Positions 39,901 through 55,745 are shown, counted from the stretch's first letter. The stretch is DNA of 64,000 nt from the human T2T-CHM13v2.0 reference genome, Homo sapiens (GCF_009914755.1 NC_060946.1); one strand, 5' to 3'. The notes: generated from the sequence alone by a model not told the origin. Translations and numbers: made by a program.

Positions 39901-42900
39901 AAGGATGGGGGTGAGCAGGGTGTCTGGTCCCATTTTTCAGATAGGAGAGGTCATCTATATCCAGGGAGACAGGGTTGTTCCAGAAGGCATCCAGCCCTTT
40001 AAAGCCCTCCCACGAGCAGCCCCTCTCCTCCCCACCCCTGGGTCTTTCCAGTCTCAGAAAAGCTCTGTGAGGCAGGCAGATGCCACGAACCCCCTTAACA
40101 GGTGCTCCCCAAAGAGTCCGGACCAAAGACACACAGCGAAGCCACAGGGGCAGTCGCTGCACCCAAGGCTCAGACTCCTGGCCTAGCGCTCGTCCTCACA
40201 CAAGGTGGGCACTTACTGGTCACTGCAATCTACACTGTGGTTTCCAGTTTACATCTCACTGCAGCTCCAGGCGAGAAAACAGAGGCACACAGAGACTAAG
40301 TGATATATCCAAGGCCACACAGCTGGACAGATCTAGAGCCAGGACTCAGGGCTGGGGTTTCAGAATCCAAAACTACTCACTTTTTCTTCAAACATTCTGC
40401 AGGGCACAGTGGGTACCTGGTACCCCCTGGCTTGTTGAAGGAAAGATCTGGGGCCATAGAGAAGCCCATAGCGACTAAACCCAGCATTCTCTGGGCAGCG
40501 AACTGCATGGAAGGCCAAGTGAGGAGTTGGGGCAGCTGGTGGGGCCAGAAATGACCACAAAAACGGCGCTCACTCTGCACCCACTCTGCGTCAGCATGTG
40601 CTGGACAATTACTACTGCGGGATTCCCATTGTCCAAAGGAGGAAACTGAGGCTTGCAGAAACAGAACCACATGCCTTAGAGAGTGACCCTCAGCTAGTGA
40701 GTGGCACAGCCACAGTGAGATTCAATCATCCCAGGAGGTGGCCCTGCCCCAACTGCTGCCTATCCCAAGCCTGGGGCAGGCACTTGGCCAGCCAGGTGCT
40801 CACGGGGCCAGCCTGATGCTCACGGAGCCAGCCTGATGCGCAGACTCAGGCCAGAACCTCAGGTATCCGGTGGGGCCCATCTCCCTCCCACCATCCCAGG
40901 ATGCACGAAAGAGTTTTAGGGTGGGAGACAAGAATGGGCCTGGGAAGGGGGCCTCAGTCCCTGCATACTCAGCAAAGCTCCCCCTGCTCCTGACCTGGTC
41001 AACAGCTGGGTCAGGGGGTAGGGGGAGTAGGCCAGAACCCCAGTGACTAGCTGGGCTCCTGCCATATTGAGACCTGGTACAAACAAGGTCTGTAAGGAAA
41101 GGATGAACCTTTCCTTACCTGTTCTGCTTCACTGGCCCCCTTAGAGCCGTCCAGACATTCCCAGGCCCAGGGAGACGCCTTTCAAGGGGCCCAGCAGCTC
41201 ATGCAAGCCTGTCCCCATCTGTTCCCAGGTCTGTTTCCCCAGGGGGACTGTCAGAGGGCAAGGCCACATTTGAACCACCTCTGTGGGTACAAGACCCTTG
41301 TGCAAGAGCCTGTTCTGGATGAATGAATGAGTGAGTGAATAAATGATGGAACAAACCAATGTCACCCAACCAGCAGTCCCTTCCCGCGGTAGCCTGCACC
41401 CAGCACAACCATTGTTTCTGTCCATTGAAAGGGACCTCCACTGCATGAGACTAGCCCTGGCCCTCAGCCATCACCAGACAAGAAAACTGAGGCTCAGAGG
41501 GCCCAGGGCCTCCTGGGAGGTGGCAGCACCAGGATTCAACCCCAGACAGATGGACTCAGTCTGTGCCTTAGCCTCAGGATCTGCCCAGCCTTCATTTCCA
41601 AAGACAAGTACACAAGCACTCACCTGGCCCACCCCACTCCACCCCACCCTGAGAGCACAACCATGCCCATTCCTGGGACAAGGACATTCAGGTGCAGAGC
41701 AGTAGAGGGCCTAACCCAAGGTCACAGAGTCATCAGGACGCACAGCAAGGTCTCAAACTCAAATGGCTGCCTCCATCCCTCATCATCTCTTCCACACGCC
41801 AAAGCTGCCTCCTTCCCCATCAACGCAATAAAGAAGGGAAGGGGGAGGGGGAGGGGAAAGGGGAGGGGAAAGGAGAGGAGGGAAGCCCCCCCCCCCACCC
41901 CAACCAGCCCGCAGCCGGCTCCTTTCTGGTCAGGGAGAAAGCCTCTAATGAAGGCCCTGCAGATGCCGCGAAGCTGGCAATGTCAGCCTGGGAGCCCCGC
42001 GGAGCTGCGGGGCGCGCAGCTCTGCTCCCAATTAGCACACAGGTCCTCCATCAAAGCGCGCGCCGGCTGCCAGGAGCAGAGGCCGGAGGGACGGCCCTGC
42101 TAGCAGCAGGAGGAGGCCGTGGCTCTCTGGCAAGCCCTGGCCTCTGCTCCTTGCCTTTCTGGGGGGGATGCAAACCCCCCAGTCCCCCACACTCACTCAC
42201 ACCCTCTCCAATCAGCCAGCTCAGGGCAGACGCCGTCACCCCGGGGGACACGCTAATGAAGATGGCCGACATTAATCTCTTCCCTCTCCCGACAGGTCAA
42301 TTTATAGTTCCACGGGGAGCCCTGGCGCTCGGCCAGAGGGCCTGACATAACTCTCCCTGTTCCCCGGGAGGACATCAGGGGTGGGCTAGATGGGGCAAGG
42401 GAGGCTGGAGACACCCGAGACAGGACAGGGAGGGACCCTCTGCCTGAGCACCCACCATTACCGTCCCAGCGAATCCAGGTGGGTAAGGACCTGGGCCCCT
42501 GAACTCAAAGGCAGAGGGTCAATCCTCGGCTTCTCAATCAAGGGCATCCTGCTCACAGGCAGAAGACCCCCAAGGAAGCAGGAGGCTTCTGACACCTGCT
42601 CCTTGTCAGCCTCAAGGGGATTCCGAGAGCCCTGTAAGGGACCCTTCCGCTTCTGCCAGCCTCCCCAGTGTTCATTCCTCAAAGACCTGTGAGCTGGCCA
42701 CACAGGGGCTGGCCCTGTGCTGGACCCTGGGGACACACCAACCCGGGCCCCAGCTCTCCCAGTCTGGATCAGCGGGGTGGGCGGGGGGGGCAAGATGGAA
42801 GCGTCCTACCACATTGAGAGCAATAATGGAAGGATTTGCCAGGAGCTGGGGGCACCCATGGAAAAAGGCCTTCACTTCACCCACCTGAGAAGGAGATGGG

Positions 42901-44149
42901 AGTCTGGGAGGACCACAGGGAGGAGGGGATGTAGCTGGGCCTTGAGGATGAGCAGTTCAGGAGGCTGGAAGACTTGGGGGAGGGGATGTGTGGGGAAGAG
43001 ACCATCTCAGGCAGGGAAGACCCAGTGCTTAGGGGGTCTAAGACCAGGGTACATCCACTTCCCTGGGGTGAGGCCAGAGAGGTGGGCAGGGGAGACGGCT
43101 CAGAGGAGAGGTCCAGCCTCGAAAAGTGGCTCAGGAGGTTGGCCTAGTTTAGGTTTGTGGACAGCTGAAGAGTTTGGAAGCTCAGAGCTGCATTTAAAAT
43201 GATAGCTTTGGCAATGGCGTCCCAATGGACAGTCATGGATGGGGAGGAGGGGCCGGTACGTCCAGGGCAGATGGGGAATGGGGGAGAAACGACGGGAGGG
43301 CTGACTGGATGGACAGGCAGGTAGGAAGGCCACAGGCCTGGAGTCTCCAGGGTGGGTACTGGGTGGAAGTGATGCCACAGTCCTGGGGTAGGATAAAGAC
43401 TGGGACCTGATGCTAAGCTTGTGAGCCGGGGAAGGCCCCAAAGCCCAGGGCTGAGAGAGGCCAGGACCCAAATGTTGGCCCGGGTTCAAAACTCTGAGCA
43501 GCACTAGACTACCTCCTGGAGGTAGTTCATCTCATTGGGCAGAGGTGAAGCCAGGGGGCTGTCCCCTTGCCAGACACTAGGAGAGGAGGCAGGGGCCTGC
43601 CAAGGGCCGGGTGTGTGGCTAGGCAGCCCCACCATGCTGGACAGAGCCCTCGGGTCAGAAGCAGGTGGACAAGGCTGCCCCCATCTCACCCAGTTCCAGA
43701 GCCCGACCCTACTTCCGCATTAAATTGGTGCTCCCAGAATCCCAGCTGAATGGATGACCCTCCCTCTAGGCCCTGGACCCTCCCCATTTCCTCCCCCTCC
43801 TTCAGGGCTACCTACCAGGTCTCATCTAATCCCCTCGGGCACCGTGGGGGTGTCTCCTTTTCCCTAGGCTGGACACCCAAGGCCAGGGAGCTAAGGGGCC
43901 TTGTTTAAAACCTTTCAGCTTCTAGGCGCTAGTCAGGAGGGAACCAGGGTCCAACTGACCCCAAAGCACACACTCTTAAGGAAAGGAGGAAAAAGAGCAA
44001 GGCTGAAATAAAAAACGCAAGCGCTTACAGTGGCTGCATTATGGTGGTGGGACAATGGATGATTTTTTTTTCTTCTTTTCTACAATGAAATATTCATAGC
44101 CTCACTCTGTCGCTGTGAGTGTCCTGGAGGGGTGAGCTCCCACTGTAGA

Positions 44150-44320
44150 GTCAAGCGGCCCCAGGGGCAAATCCCGGCTGGCCACTTGCTAGCCGGGGAC
44201 CTTGAGCGAGCCATTTGCCCACTCTTAGCCTCCGTTTTCTCATCTGTACAATGGGGACAAACACCCCCTACTTCAGAGGAACGGTCACCGCTGGCGCACA
44301 GCAGGCGCGCGATAAGTGCC
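44150..44320 (+). mobile_element. MIR abutting the CpG island
   Basis: gcctccgttttctcatctgtacaatgggga. Confidence 0.75.
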
Positions 44321-45500
44321 AGCCTTTGAGCCTCACACCCCCGCGTCCTCGCCACCTGTCTGGCCTCCAGAGGGAACTTGAGACGCCCCCACGTGCCAGA
44401 CGCGGATGCTGGGCGGGCATCGGGCCCCAGGGGCTGGCGCCCACCCCCCGCCCCCCGCCGCGCCCGCGCTGTCCCCTTACCCTGGCGGCCGGAGGGCCGG
44501 CATCGGTCCCGCAGGAGAGCCCGGGCAGCGGGGCCGGGCTCCGGAGCGCGGGGCGCGGGCGCGAGCAGGGCGCGCGGGGGCGCGGGCCGCGCGCTCCGGG
44601 CCGTGCGCCCCGCGGCCGCCGCGTCCTCGCCTCCAGCGCGGGCCCCGCGCGCCCCGGCCGGCCCGGGGGCAGGCCCTGCGCAGCGCCGCGCCGGGTGGGG
44701 GGCGGGCCTCGCGGGCCCTGGAGAGGCGCCCGGGCGGCGCGGGCTCCCGGCGGGCGCGGGCGGCGCCGCTGCGGTGGCCCCGCCGCTGAGTGGTGGGACG
44801 CGATTTACTGGCTGCAATTCCCGGCGCCCCTCGATGGCACTTAAGAGAGACCGGGAGGGAGCCGGGGAGAGCGGGCGGAGGGCGGGCGGGCGGGCGGAGG
44901 AGGGGCGGCGGGAGCCGTGCGCGCCGGCGGGGGAGGGGCGCGGGCGGGGGCGGGCGGGCGGGAGGTGGGGAGAGGCCCGGATGGAGGCGGCGGGCGGCCG
45001 CGGCGCGCCGGGCTGGGGTAGGGGGGGCTCTGCCTCCAGCCCCCGCCCACCCGCGCCCAGCCCCCCACGCACGGTGCCGCTGCTGGGGGTGAGGCCAGCC
45101 CCCACTCCACCGGCTCTCCCCACCCCACGCCTTCAGAAAACCCCCACCAGCCCACCGGCCGCCCCCCCCTCCCGCCCACCGTTCCTCCCTCACCGACCCC
45201 CCTTCTAACCGGCCTGCGCCACCCCCACCCGCATCCCCACGGCCACCAGAGATCAGAAACTCTAGGCCCACGGGCCCAACCCAGCCTGAAGCCAGGCTTG
45301 CGTGACACCATAGTATTTTTTGTTTTTAATTGGAATTAATTCTCATCGTTTAAAAATCTGGAATTTTCTCATAAAAATCCACCGATCAGCTCGGTTTGGA
45401 GAAGAGAAGGCCCGGGCAGCAGCCTCCCCCTCGTGCATTCCGCTTGCCAGCCGTCTGTCAAGACGCGGGCCCGCAGCTGGCCTCAGTCCCCACCAGGCCC
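44290..45500. promoter_or_regulatory. CpG island / TATA-less promoter with GC boxes and G-quadruplex-prone G-runs
   Basis: Very high GC with dense CpG (e.g. cgcgggcgcgagcagggcgcgcgggggcgcgggccgcgcg); tandem GGGCGG boxes at ~44871-44965; repeat-free; the only large CpG island in the window. Confidence 0.9.
44481..44870 (-). other. Candidate first exon (probably 5'UTR) of a minus-strand gene; downstream intronic sequence runs toward the window start
   Basis: Minus-strand donor CAGG|GTAAGG (exon ends 44481) at the island's lower edge, with the GC-box cluster upstream; only a weak-context ATG (44503, MPALRPP). TSS is a guess. Architecture fits neuronal genes with non-coding first exons (ELFN2 is an unverified recollection, not a call). 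Confidence 0.5.
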
Positions 45501-46949
45501 ACCTGCCTGGCCTGGGAGGCGCGCGAGTTCTCCCGCCCCAGCCTGCCATACCCCAGTGCATCGCAGGTCCCCCTCTGTGGATGGCCACCCCCACCCCGTA
45601 AGGCCCCTCTTCTGGGAAGCTTCCCGGGACTGCCCCCCGAGTGGCCACCCAGTCCCTCTGTGCAGCCACAGCCCCCGTGGAGGTGGTGGCGCCTGCTCCG
45701 CCCCGCCTGAGTCCTCCCTGGCTGGCACCGCGGCCTCTGCGGCTGCGCTCTCGCCACAGGGCTGCTGCTCTCTGGCTGGATTCTCCCTCCGTCCTGGCTC
45801 TGGGCCTGGCCCACAGTAGGCGCTCAGTAAGTGTTGGCTGAGCAGCAACCGAAGAAGAAAGGCCGGGATTGGGATTCCACAAGGCAGCCTGGGCCGTGGC
45901 AGGCACAGGGCACCGGTCCCTGCAGCTGATGTTCATTTTAAAAGCCCCGAATGTTCATTCGGGGTGGCTCTCGCCAACCAAGGAAGCTAATGATTTCCAA
46001 GCTCATTTTTCTCCACCTTAATCCCACTGCCAAGGCTTCCAAGCCTCTGTTGCTGCTGCCCTCAGACTGGGATCAGATCCCTCCAGGAGGTGCAGTCTGC
46101 CTGGGGACTGTCCAGGAGGGCCCGCAGGGTCCAGCTGTGCCACCCTGGCACCTGTGAGGCCACAGCCAGGTCTCAGGGCCACCGGGTCTGAGGGCAGCAG
46201 CTGGCCAGTGTCCCTGGGGGCAGGAGAGAGGGACAAATTAGCTTAGACAGCCCCCCAGGGCCGACACAGCTCTACTGACTCCTGGGGCAGGTGCCGGGGT
46301 ACCCCTGCATGCTGCTGCTTCCTGAGCAGAGGACAAGGGGGAGTTGGACAAGAGCTGCCCCTTCCCAGCCACCAGACGCATCTCAGGTTTTACTAAAAAT
46401 CTGTGTCACAAACCCAGCCAGACACCAGCATCCCATTTTACAGAGAAGAAACAGGTTCAGACTGGGTGACCTTGCCAAGGTCACAAGGCTGACCGGGCAC
46501 TAAGCCAGAAGCTTATGCACCCCCCAAAGTGTCCCTACCCTGAAGGGAAGCAAGACCCCCCTCAGGGTTAGATCCAGAGCTAAGTCCAGGAGGTGGGACT
46601 GGTCTGCAGTGCAGGAGAGGCAGGCACCTGCATCCCAGAGCTGGCTCCAGACAGGTCTCCCTCCTGGGAGGGAGGTTGCACAACCTGGGCACCCCACCTC
46701 CTCAACTACTCCCTTGCCACAGCGGCCTGGCCAGTTGCCCTCCTCACTGAGGGGGCAGGAAAGCAGGCCTAGCTCAACAGCCAGCAACAACACACGAGCC
46801 ACAGACCACCTTCCTGGGCCTCAGTGTGCCCATCTGTCATGTGGGGGAACACCGCCAGCCTCTATGGGCTTTTATGGGGGAGCGGGGGCAAACAAGACAG
46901 CTGATGATGGGCAAGGAAGAGGGAGAACCAGGCAGTTAATGCTCCAGCT

Positions 46950-47410
46950 CTGAGCTGGTCTGGGTTCACATCCTGACTTCCCGATCACCTAGCTGTGACT
47001 CACCTGCTCGAGGCCTCAGTTTCCTCATCTGTAAAAACAGTAGAGGGGATTATAAAACCAACAGACTCAAGAGACTGTAATGAGGGTGACAGGACCATGC
47101 ATGGTTGGGACCTCAGCACAATCTGACAATCCCAAGGCCTAAGACCTGTGACCTTGAAGGTGGAAACAGGAAAAAGGAGCAGCTAAACACATGGACCCTG
47201 GAGGGTTCACATCCAGCTCTGCTCTGTGTGGCCTTGGGCAAGTTACCTAACCTTACTGGCCTCAGTTGCTCTGTCTGTAAAGTGGGGCTATTAATGACAG
47301 TTCTCACCTTATCAGGTTGTGCTGGGGCTTAAATTAGATAACTCAGGTTCTGTACTTAGAACAGCACCTGGCACCAGTAACACTCAAACAGCACTAGTTT
47401 GCTTCTCATT
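46950..47410 (+). mobile_element. Two MIR copies
   Basis: ggcctcagtttcctcatctgtaaaaa and ggcctcagttgctctgtctgtaaagtgggg cores. Confidence 0.75.
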
Positions 47411-47919
47411 ACTCTCGAGATTATAAAGGCAACCAGTCCCAAGCTCGAGGAGATGCTCCTGCTGTCCCCAGGAGACCGTGGACCTGATTTTTCATTCAGA
47501 AAATAATCAGACAGACCTACGTTCAAATTCTACCTCTACCAGCTGGCACCTCTAGGCAGGCCTCAGTCTCCTCAGCTGTGAAGTGGGGGCACAGCGCCTA
47601 CCGCAGCTGCTCTCCAGCTACACCTGAGCCTCACCCTCCCGTTGCCCCTCACCAGCTTTCCAGTGAAATGAAGACAGCTCAGTTGGGGACCCTGACTACA
47701 GCCCCAACAGTGGCCAGATGGGGCACCGGACCCAGAGCAGCCCCTCGTGCAGTCTGAGAGCCCCAGGGCTGCCTAGGCAGGTGGCTGGGGGACCAGCTGA
47801 GCCTCTCGGGGCCCAGATTGTTCCAGAAGCCATGGACGGGTACCACCTGGAGAGAGGGATGAGGGTCCCTCAGAGAGGCCTTTCCTGACCCCCTAGCTTC
47901 AGTCATTCCCAGTTTTCCT

Positions 47920-47933
47920 GTTTCTATGGTAAC
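47920..47933. promoter_or_regulatory. RFX X-box upstream of the promoter
   Basis: GTTTCTATGGTAAC vs consensus GTTNCCATGGNAAC. Confidence 0.45.
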
Positions 47934-50232
47934 GACCATTATCTATAGTCATCCTTCTTCACCTGTGAGTTGTCTGTCTTTGCCCTCCCTCACCCAGGGT
48001 CCATGAGTGTGGGGATTTTCGTCTGTCTTGATCCCTGCTAGACCGCTAGCATCTAGAAGAGTGCAAAGCGCATAGTAGGTGCTCAACAAATATATGCCAC
48101 TGAATAAGGATTCTCAGATAGTAACAGTTAGCTAGAAGGCTGGGATGGCGGAGCCCCTGCCTGTGCGTAGCTCCCCTTCCTGGAAGACAGCCCCGTCCAG
48201 CTGTGGTCCCCTTCTCTCCGTCTCCCCACAGCAGGGGTGAGGAGGCCTGGAGTTGGTCCCCTCTACAGCCAGGAAGCATGTCACTTTCACGGCAGTGCAA
48301 CGGGGTTTCTCGGGCGAGGGAGGGACCTGGGCAATTTTCTGGCTCACAGCTCATTCCAGAGCTGCCTGGTGACACAGACGTCCCAGCCCCCACAGGCCCA
48401 GGGAGGCCCTGCTCCAGCAGATGCAGCCTGGGATTCCCACCCTCGTGCCACCCACTGGGACTGAAGGGGCTTGCCGACTGAGCCCCAGGATGTCATCTGG
48501 GGGCTGGGCTCCCGTCCGCAGCCCCAGCCCCAGGCCCTCACGTGTGCACAGCACTCCCCCGTTACAGTTTACAAAGTGCGTTCACAGACATTATCACGTC
48601 GGCTCCTAAACGCCCCCTAAAAACCACAATAAATCTCTCGCTCTGGCTCCCGAGCCCACCGGCTGCTGCATAATCAGTGAGCAGAGAGGCCTCAGGGCCC
48701 ACAGCCTGCCAAAGCCGAGGCAGCGCCAGCAGGGGCAGAGGGGGCTCCACGTGGGCGGGTGGCAGGTGGCGGGTGGCAGGCCCAGCTGGGGCGCCGCAGG
48801 AGCGAGGAGCCTGCCGGAGGCCCAATCCTGCAGAGGCAAAGTCAAAAAATGCTGTCTCAACACAGAATGTCTCCTGGAAGATGGGACCAGCAGGTCTTGA
48901 GGGGAGGTGATGGGGACCCAGGGGCGGGGCAAAGTCTAGGAAGGGGCTGAGTGCTCTTTAGTACTTAGTAGCATCATTGAGGAGGTGTAGCTAGGAGGTA
49001 AACATGGTTCTCAGTCCAGCACTTGGGGCCCAGGGACAGTCAGCCCAGCTGGCTTCTCCCGCTCTGCTCCTCTTCATTCCTAGATAACGGCCCTCCACTA
49101 GCGCGGGCCCCCTGGCTATGGGCTCCCGTGGCAGGGCTCCCCATGTGCCAAGCCTTTGCGCACTTGGTCGTTCTTTTTGTCTGCAAGATCCTTACCGCTG
49201 TGTTGAAGTCCTAACCTTCCTTGAAGGGAAATTGAGAACTCTCTCACCTGGAGATCCCTCCCCAGCTTCTGGAAGCCACACTTGGGCCCCAGAGCTGCAC
49301 CTGGGTTCACCTCCCTTAACCGTCACAAGTCCCTTTACCACTTTGTACCTCATGCCCCGGGACAGGGGCTGCATCGTGCTGCCTTTGCAATGGCCCAGGG
49401 CCCCCGCACGCAGAAGGGGTGCCTGTGAACGACAGTGACCCGCCAATGACATGAGGCCTCAGGCTTATAGGAGGAGGTGAGACCCCATGTGACAGATACA
49501 GCCAGCACCGCTCCTGTGTTTGCAGCCCAGCCACTGGCTTTGGGCAGCCCCAGAGAAAGATTCCCCCAAATGTCTGAGCCGAATCAGCCAGCGGCTGCAG
49601 TTGGGTTTTGTTTTTTCACATTTCCCTTGATTCTCAAAGTTATAGGAGCTCAACTTACAAACTATGGAAAGTTCAAGAAGTTTAAATAAGCAGGGCAAGG
49701 GAGGGCCTGGTGTAAGGGGGCGGTGGCTGCCCTGGCAGGCTTCCCTCCCGCAGCCTGCCCCATAAGCCTTGGGCTGGACCTCCAGGCCGCAGAGGTGGCT
49801 GATCTGTCACACTGGCGGTTGTGAAGCAGGTGGCAGCTTCTCTGTAGTCACCTATGAAAGGATCTAGCATTTCTGCTTTCCCCGGTTATCAAAACCAGCT
49901 GCCAGACCTGAGCCTTGGTCGGGGGTCAGGGGACACCATAGGCCCTGTGAAGTGTTCACGCTGCGGTGTCTGAAGCCCAATAGAGGCAGAGGGAGTGGGG
50001 GAACTGGAGGTGGGAGGTGACTCATGGGGCAGATATCCTCCCTCCCAGGGGACACTGGACCCCCTCCATGAGACCCCTGAGCCCACAGCCAGAGGACTGG
50101 GAGAGCAGAGCCCAGGCAGCCCCAGGGCCTGGCTCCTTGGCCTGGTATCCCAGCTCCTTCCCCCAGCAAGGGACTTGTATCCAGAAGCACCAAGAATTCT
50201 TACAATGTACAATCAAAGGACAAGTAGACCAA

Positions 50233-50872
<640 letters not shown>

Positions 50873-51103
50873 CGCTTGACATCATTAGTCACTAGTCAAA
50901 ATCACAATGAGATGCCATTTAATACCCACTGGGATATCAAAAAGACAAGCAATAACACGTGTTGGTGAATATTTGCAGAAATTGGAATACGTGTGCTTTG
51001 CTGGTGGGGATATAAAATGGTGCAGCCACTGTGAAAACCATCTAGCCATTTAGCAAAACATTAAAAAATGAGTTATTCTATGACCTAGCAGCTTCACTCC
51101 TAG

Positions 51104-51498
<395 letters not shown>

Positions 51499-51925
51499 TG
51501 ATCTCCAGAAAGTAGAAACAACCCATATGTCCACTCACGGATGAATGGATAAATAAGATGTGGCATATCCATACAGGGGAATATTATTCAGCCATAAAAA
51601 GGAGTGAAGTACCCATTCATGCTACTACATGATGAATCTTAAAACACGCTATACTAAGTGAAAGAAGCCAGACACATATTGTCTGGAGTCCATTCATTTA
51701 AAATGTCCAAAACTGGCAAATCCATACAGACAGAAAGTAGATTAGCGGTTGCCAGGGGCTGGAGAAGAGGGGATATTGGAGAGTGATTTCTAATGGATAT
51801 GGAGTTTCTTTTGGAGATTATTAAAATGTTTTGGAATTAGATATTGGTGATTATTAAAAACCACTGAATTATGTGCCTTAAAAGGATGAATTACATGGTA
51901 TGTGACTTTTATCTTAATAAAACCG

Positions 51926-52225
<300 letters not shown>

Positions 52226-53665
52226 AATAAAACTGTTTTTTCAAAAAATAGGGTCCCCCACACCTCAGTGTATTCCACAGGCGCCTGGGAGCCAGCCCTG
52301 CTCTCTGCCCAGGCTCAGACCCTGCCCCTCCGAAGCCACCATCCTGGGACAATGAGACACAATGGGGGCAGGGATGCCAGGAGCCGACATGCTGAGGTGG
52401 TCAGGGCTCCCTCCACTGGGTCCAGCTGCCTGCTGCCGTGGGCCTTTCGCTCTGGCTGTTGCTTCTTCCTGCAATACTCTTCCCTTTGTCCTGCTCATCC
52501 TCCAGAACTCAGCTCAGCGTGCTGGTCCGCAGAGGGGCCTTGCCTGATCCTACACCCTTGTAACTGATTCTCAGTCTCAGTCCTCTCCCAGTTCCCAGCG
52601 TTTGACACAATCATGGGGCCAGTGCAAAGCGGATGCACAGTCAACGTTATGTGTGAAGCAGGGGCAAGTAGCTCAGTGAGAGGTTGATGGTGTTTAGGAG
52701 GGGTGAGTTGTTGGGGGAGTGGACATCCACCCCACGAATCAGGAAGCCACGAGGATGAGGAGGGGGTGAGCTGGACGCAGATTCTAGAATGATCCCTTTG
52801 GTTGTTCTGCAGGGGATGGACCAGCAGTACCAGGCTGGAGACATGAGGCCGGATAGAGGCCATGGCCTTAGTCCAGGCCTGGAGAGGCAGGGCCCGGCCT
52901 TGGACAGAGGATGCACTGGAGGAGGGGAGGGGCACACTTCAGAGAAATTTGGGAGCCAAAATCAAAGTGACTTGGGGATGGCAACAATGTGAGGGAGAGG
53001 GAGCCCAGGATGGCACCAGGTTTTGGTGGTGTGAAGGGCCAGGTGAGGATGGGACATTTCTGAGGTCGGGAGCACTGTAGGAGGAGCACATCTGGTATGG
53101 CTGACTCTGAGAGGCTGACTCTGAGACCCCAGCAAGCAGTGCCACCCCCACTTATTAAGTCCATCCTCATACCCCATGACACTTCCCATGTCCATCTCCC
53201 TTGACATCCAATTGCCGAGGTCAGGTCTCCACAGCCCCTACCTGGTCAAAGCCTCCTGCCATCAAACCAGGTGCCTTTTCTCATTTGTCCTCCATGGTGC
53301 CAACAGTTAAAATCAGCACAGCTTGGTCATTCTTCAGCTCAGAAACCTTTGATTGCTCCCTACTGCTCTCTGAACAAAGTCCAGATGCTCCAGCCAGGCC
53401 CATGAGACCCTCCAGGGCCAGTCCACTTGGCTTTGCAGCCTCCCCTGCGCCCGCCCGGTTCCTTCACTCCCATCCCATCCCGCACACTCTTCTCTGCTCT
53501 GTGCCCTTGCTCCTGCCACACTTCCCACCCCAGATGCCCTGCCCCTAGCTCCCTTCCCCAGTGGGCCTCAGCAGCAGGGGGTCGCCACTCTAGTAGTCTT
53601 TGCTGGAACCCAAACCAGGGGATGTGGCTGGACCAGGAATTTTTTCTTTTAGTTCATTTAATTAA

Positions 53666-53973
<308 letters not shown>

Positions 53974-54028
53974 CAGTTTTTTTTGATAGTGACTTTATTT
54001 TAAATGACATAGAAATATGTAACAATCA

Positions 54029-54187
<159 letters not shown>

Positions 54188-54495
54188 TTATTTAATAATT
54201 TTAAAAAAAGACCTTAAATCAGAAAGATTGTATTGTGCACCCGGTTGAGAAGTTGTCCCAGGCTCAGACACACAATGTCAAAGTCCTGGAGAACAGGGAC
54301 CCTGTCTGTCATGTTCACGGATGTGGCCCCAGCACCTGGGATCTCTTGTCTGGGTGCCAAGGTGGGGTTGGGGGAAGGGTGAGAAGAGGGATGGGCATGG
54401 AGAGTAGGGAAGGAAGGAGGGAGGACAGGAAGGAGGGTGGGAGATATCTGGGGGTGAGTGGGTGGGTGGGGGGATTCATACCAGCCCATGGGCCA

Positions 54496-54797
54496 CTTTT
54501 TTTTTTTTTTTTGAGAAAGAATGTCTCTCTGTTGCCCAGGCTGGAGTGCAGTGGTACGATCTCAGCTCACTGCAATCTCCGTCTCCTAGATTCAAGCGAT
54601 TCTCCTGACTGCCTCAGCCTCCCAAGTAGCTGGGATTACAGGTGCCTGCCACTACACCTGCCTAATTTTTGTATTTTTAGTAGAGACAGGGTTTCACCAT
54701 GTTGGCCAGGCTGGTCTCGAACTCCTGACCTGAAGTGATCCGCCGGCCTCGGCCTCTTAAAGTGCTGGGATTACAGGCATCAGCCACCTCGCCCAGC
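54496..54797 (-). mobile_element. Alu with TSD cccatgggccacttt
   Basis: Alu consensus and 15-bp direct repeat. Confidence 0.95.
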
Positions 54798-55039
54798 CAC
54801 CCATGGGCCACTTTAGGCCCAGCCCCTAGTCCAGAGCTCAGAGAGGCCAGGATGGGATCCACATAGTCCCATGAACTGCCGGGGTGCAGAGGTCCCCAGC
54901 TCTCCGAACCACAGGGTTGCCAAGCTGGAACCCCCACTTGGCCATGGGCATCTGACCATTTGGCATCCTTGTCCTCCAGCCTCCCTAAGGGCCTCAGCTG
55001 AGCCTGTAGGCCCGGCTGGCCTTCCAGCCAAATTGACCA

Positions 55040-55740
55040 GATCTCTCGGGAATCATCCTTGACGCCTCTGCTCACTCCCTCTCTCCTGCATCCAATCCAT
55101 CAGCAAATCCTGTTAGATTCTTTTCAGAGCCTCCTCTCTGTCTCCCTGTCCTGCCCTGGCCCCTCCCCCAGTCTATTCCCAACTCAGCAGCCAGAGGGAT
55201 CCTTTTAAATGGTGCGTCCAGGAGGCCTCACCATCTGGCCCCCATTTCCTCTCTGAGCTCATCTGCCACCTCCTCCCCGCCACTTCCCTGCAGCCACATT
55301 GGCTCCTGTTACTCCCCGACTGTGCCAGGCACGCTCCCCACTCAGGGCCTTTGCTCTCTGCCTGGAAGGAATGCTCTTCCCCCAGAGCTACCTTCTCACC
55401 TCCTCACCCGCTTCCTGTCTTTGCTCAGATGCCACTTTCTCAATGAGACCTTCCATGGACACCTATTTATAATTGAAAAAAACAAATGTATCCCCTTTCT
55501 GCCCTTCCCTGTTTTATTTTTCTCCTTAGCACTTAGCATTCTTGATCACAATACCTGTTGCTTCCTTATTATGTTTTTTGTCTGTTTCTGTCCATTGGAA
55601 TGTGATCTACAGCGGGGCAGGGGTGTTGTCTGTTTTGTCCACTGTTGTGTCCCCTGCACAGAGCATGGGGCCTATAGGGCTCACATTAGATGCTCCAAAG
55701 ACATGTGCAATATGAATGAATGAGTGAATGAATAAATGAA
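55040..55740 (+). mobile_element. L2 3' fragment
   Basis: catccaatccatcagcaaatcctgt, cagcagccagagggatcctttt, ctcagggcctttgc and a GAAT-repeat end. Confidence 0.8.
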
Positions 55741-55745
55741 CCTCA

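Noticed and set aside
40797-40839. 20-bp tandem duplication tgctcacggRgccagcctga x2 (similar 14-bp duplication at ~53100)
   Set aside because: Ordinary slippage duplications with no further structure.
41119-41280. Consensus minus-strand donor CAG|GTAAGG at 41119
   Set aside because: It is in L2-like sequence with ambiguous acceptors (41247 or 41280) and cannot be supported without transcripts.
44080-45311. Overlapping Pro/Ala/Arg/Gly-rich ORFs of 150-350 aa
   Set aside because: Stop-codon depletion in a CpG island opens ORFs on both strands; no recognisable domain.
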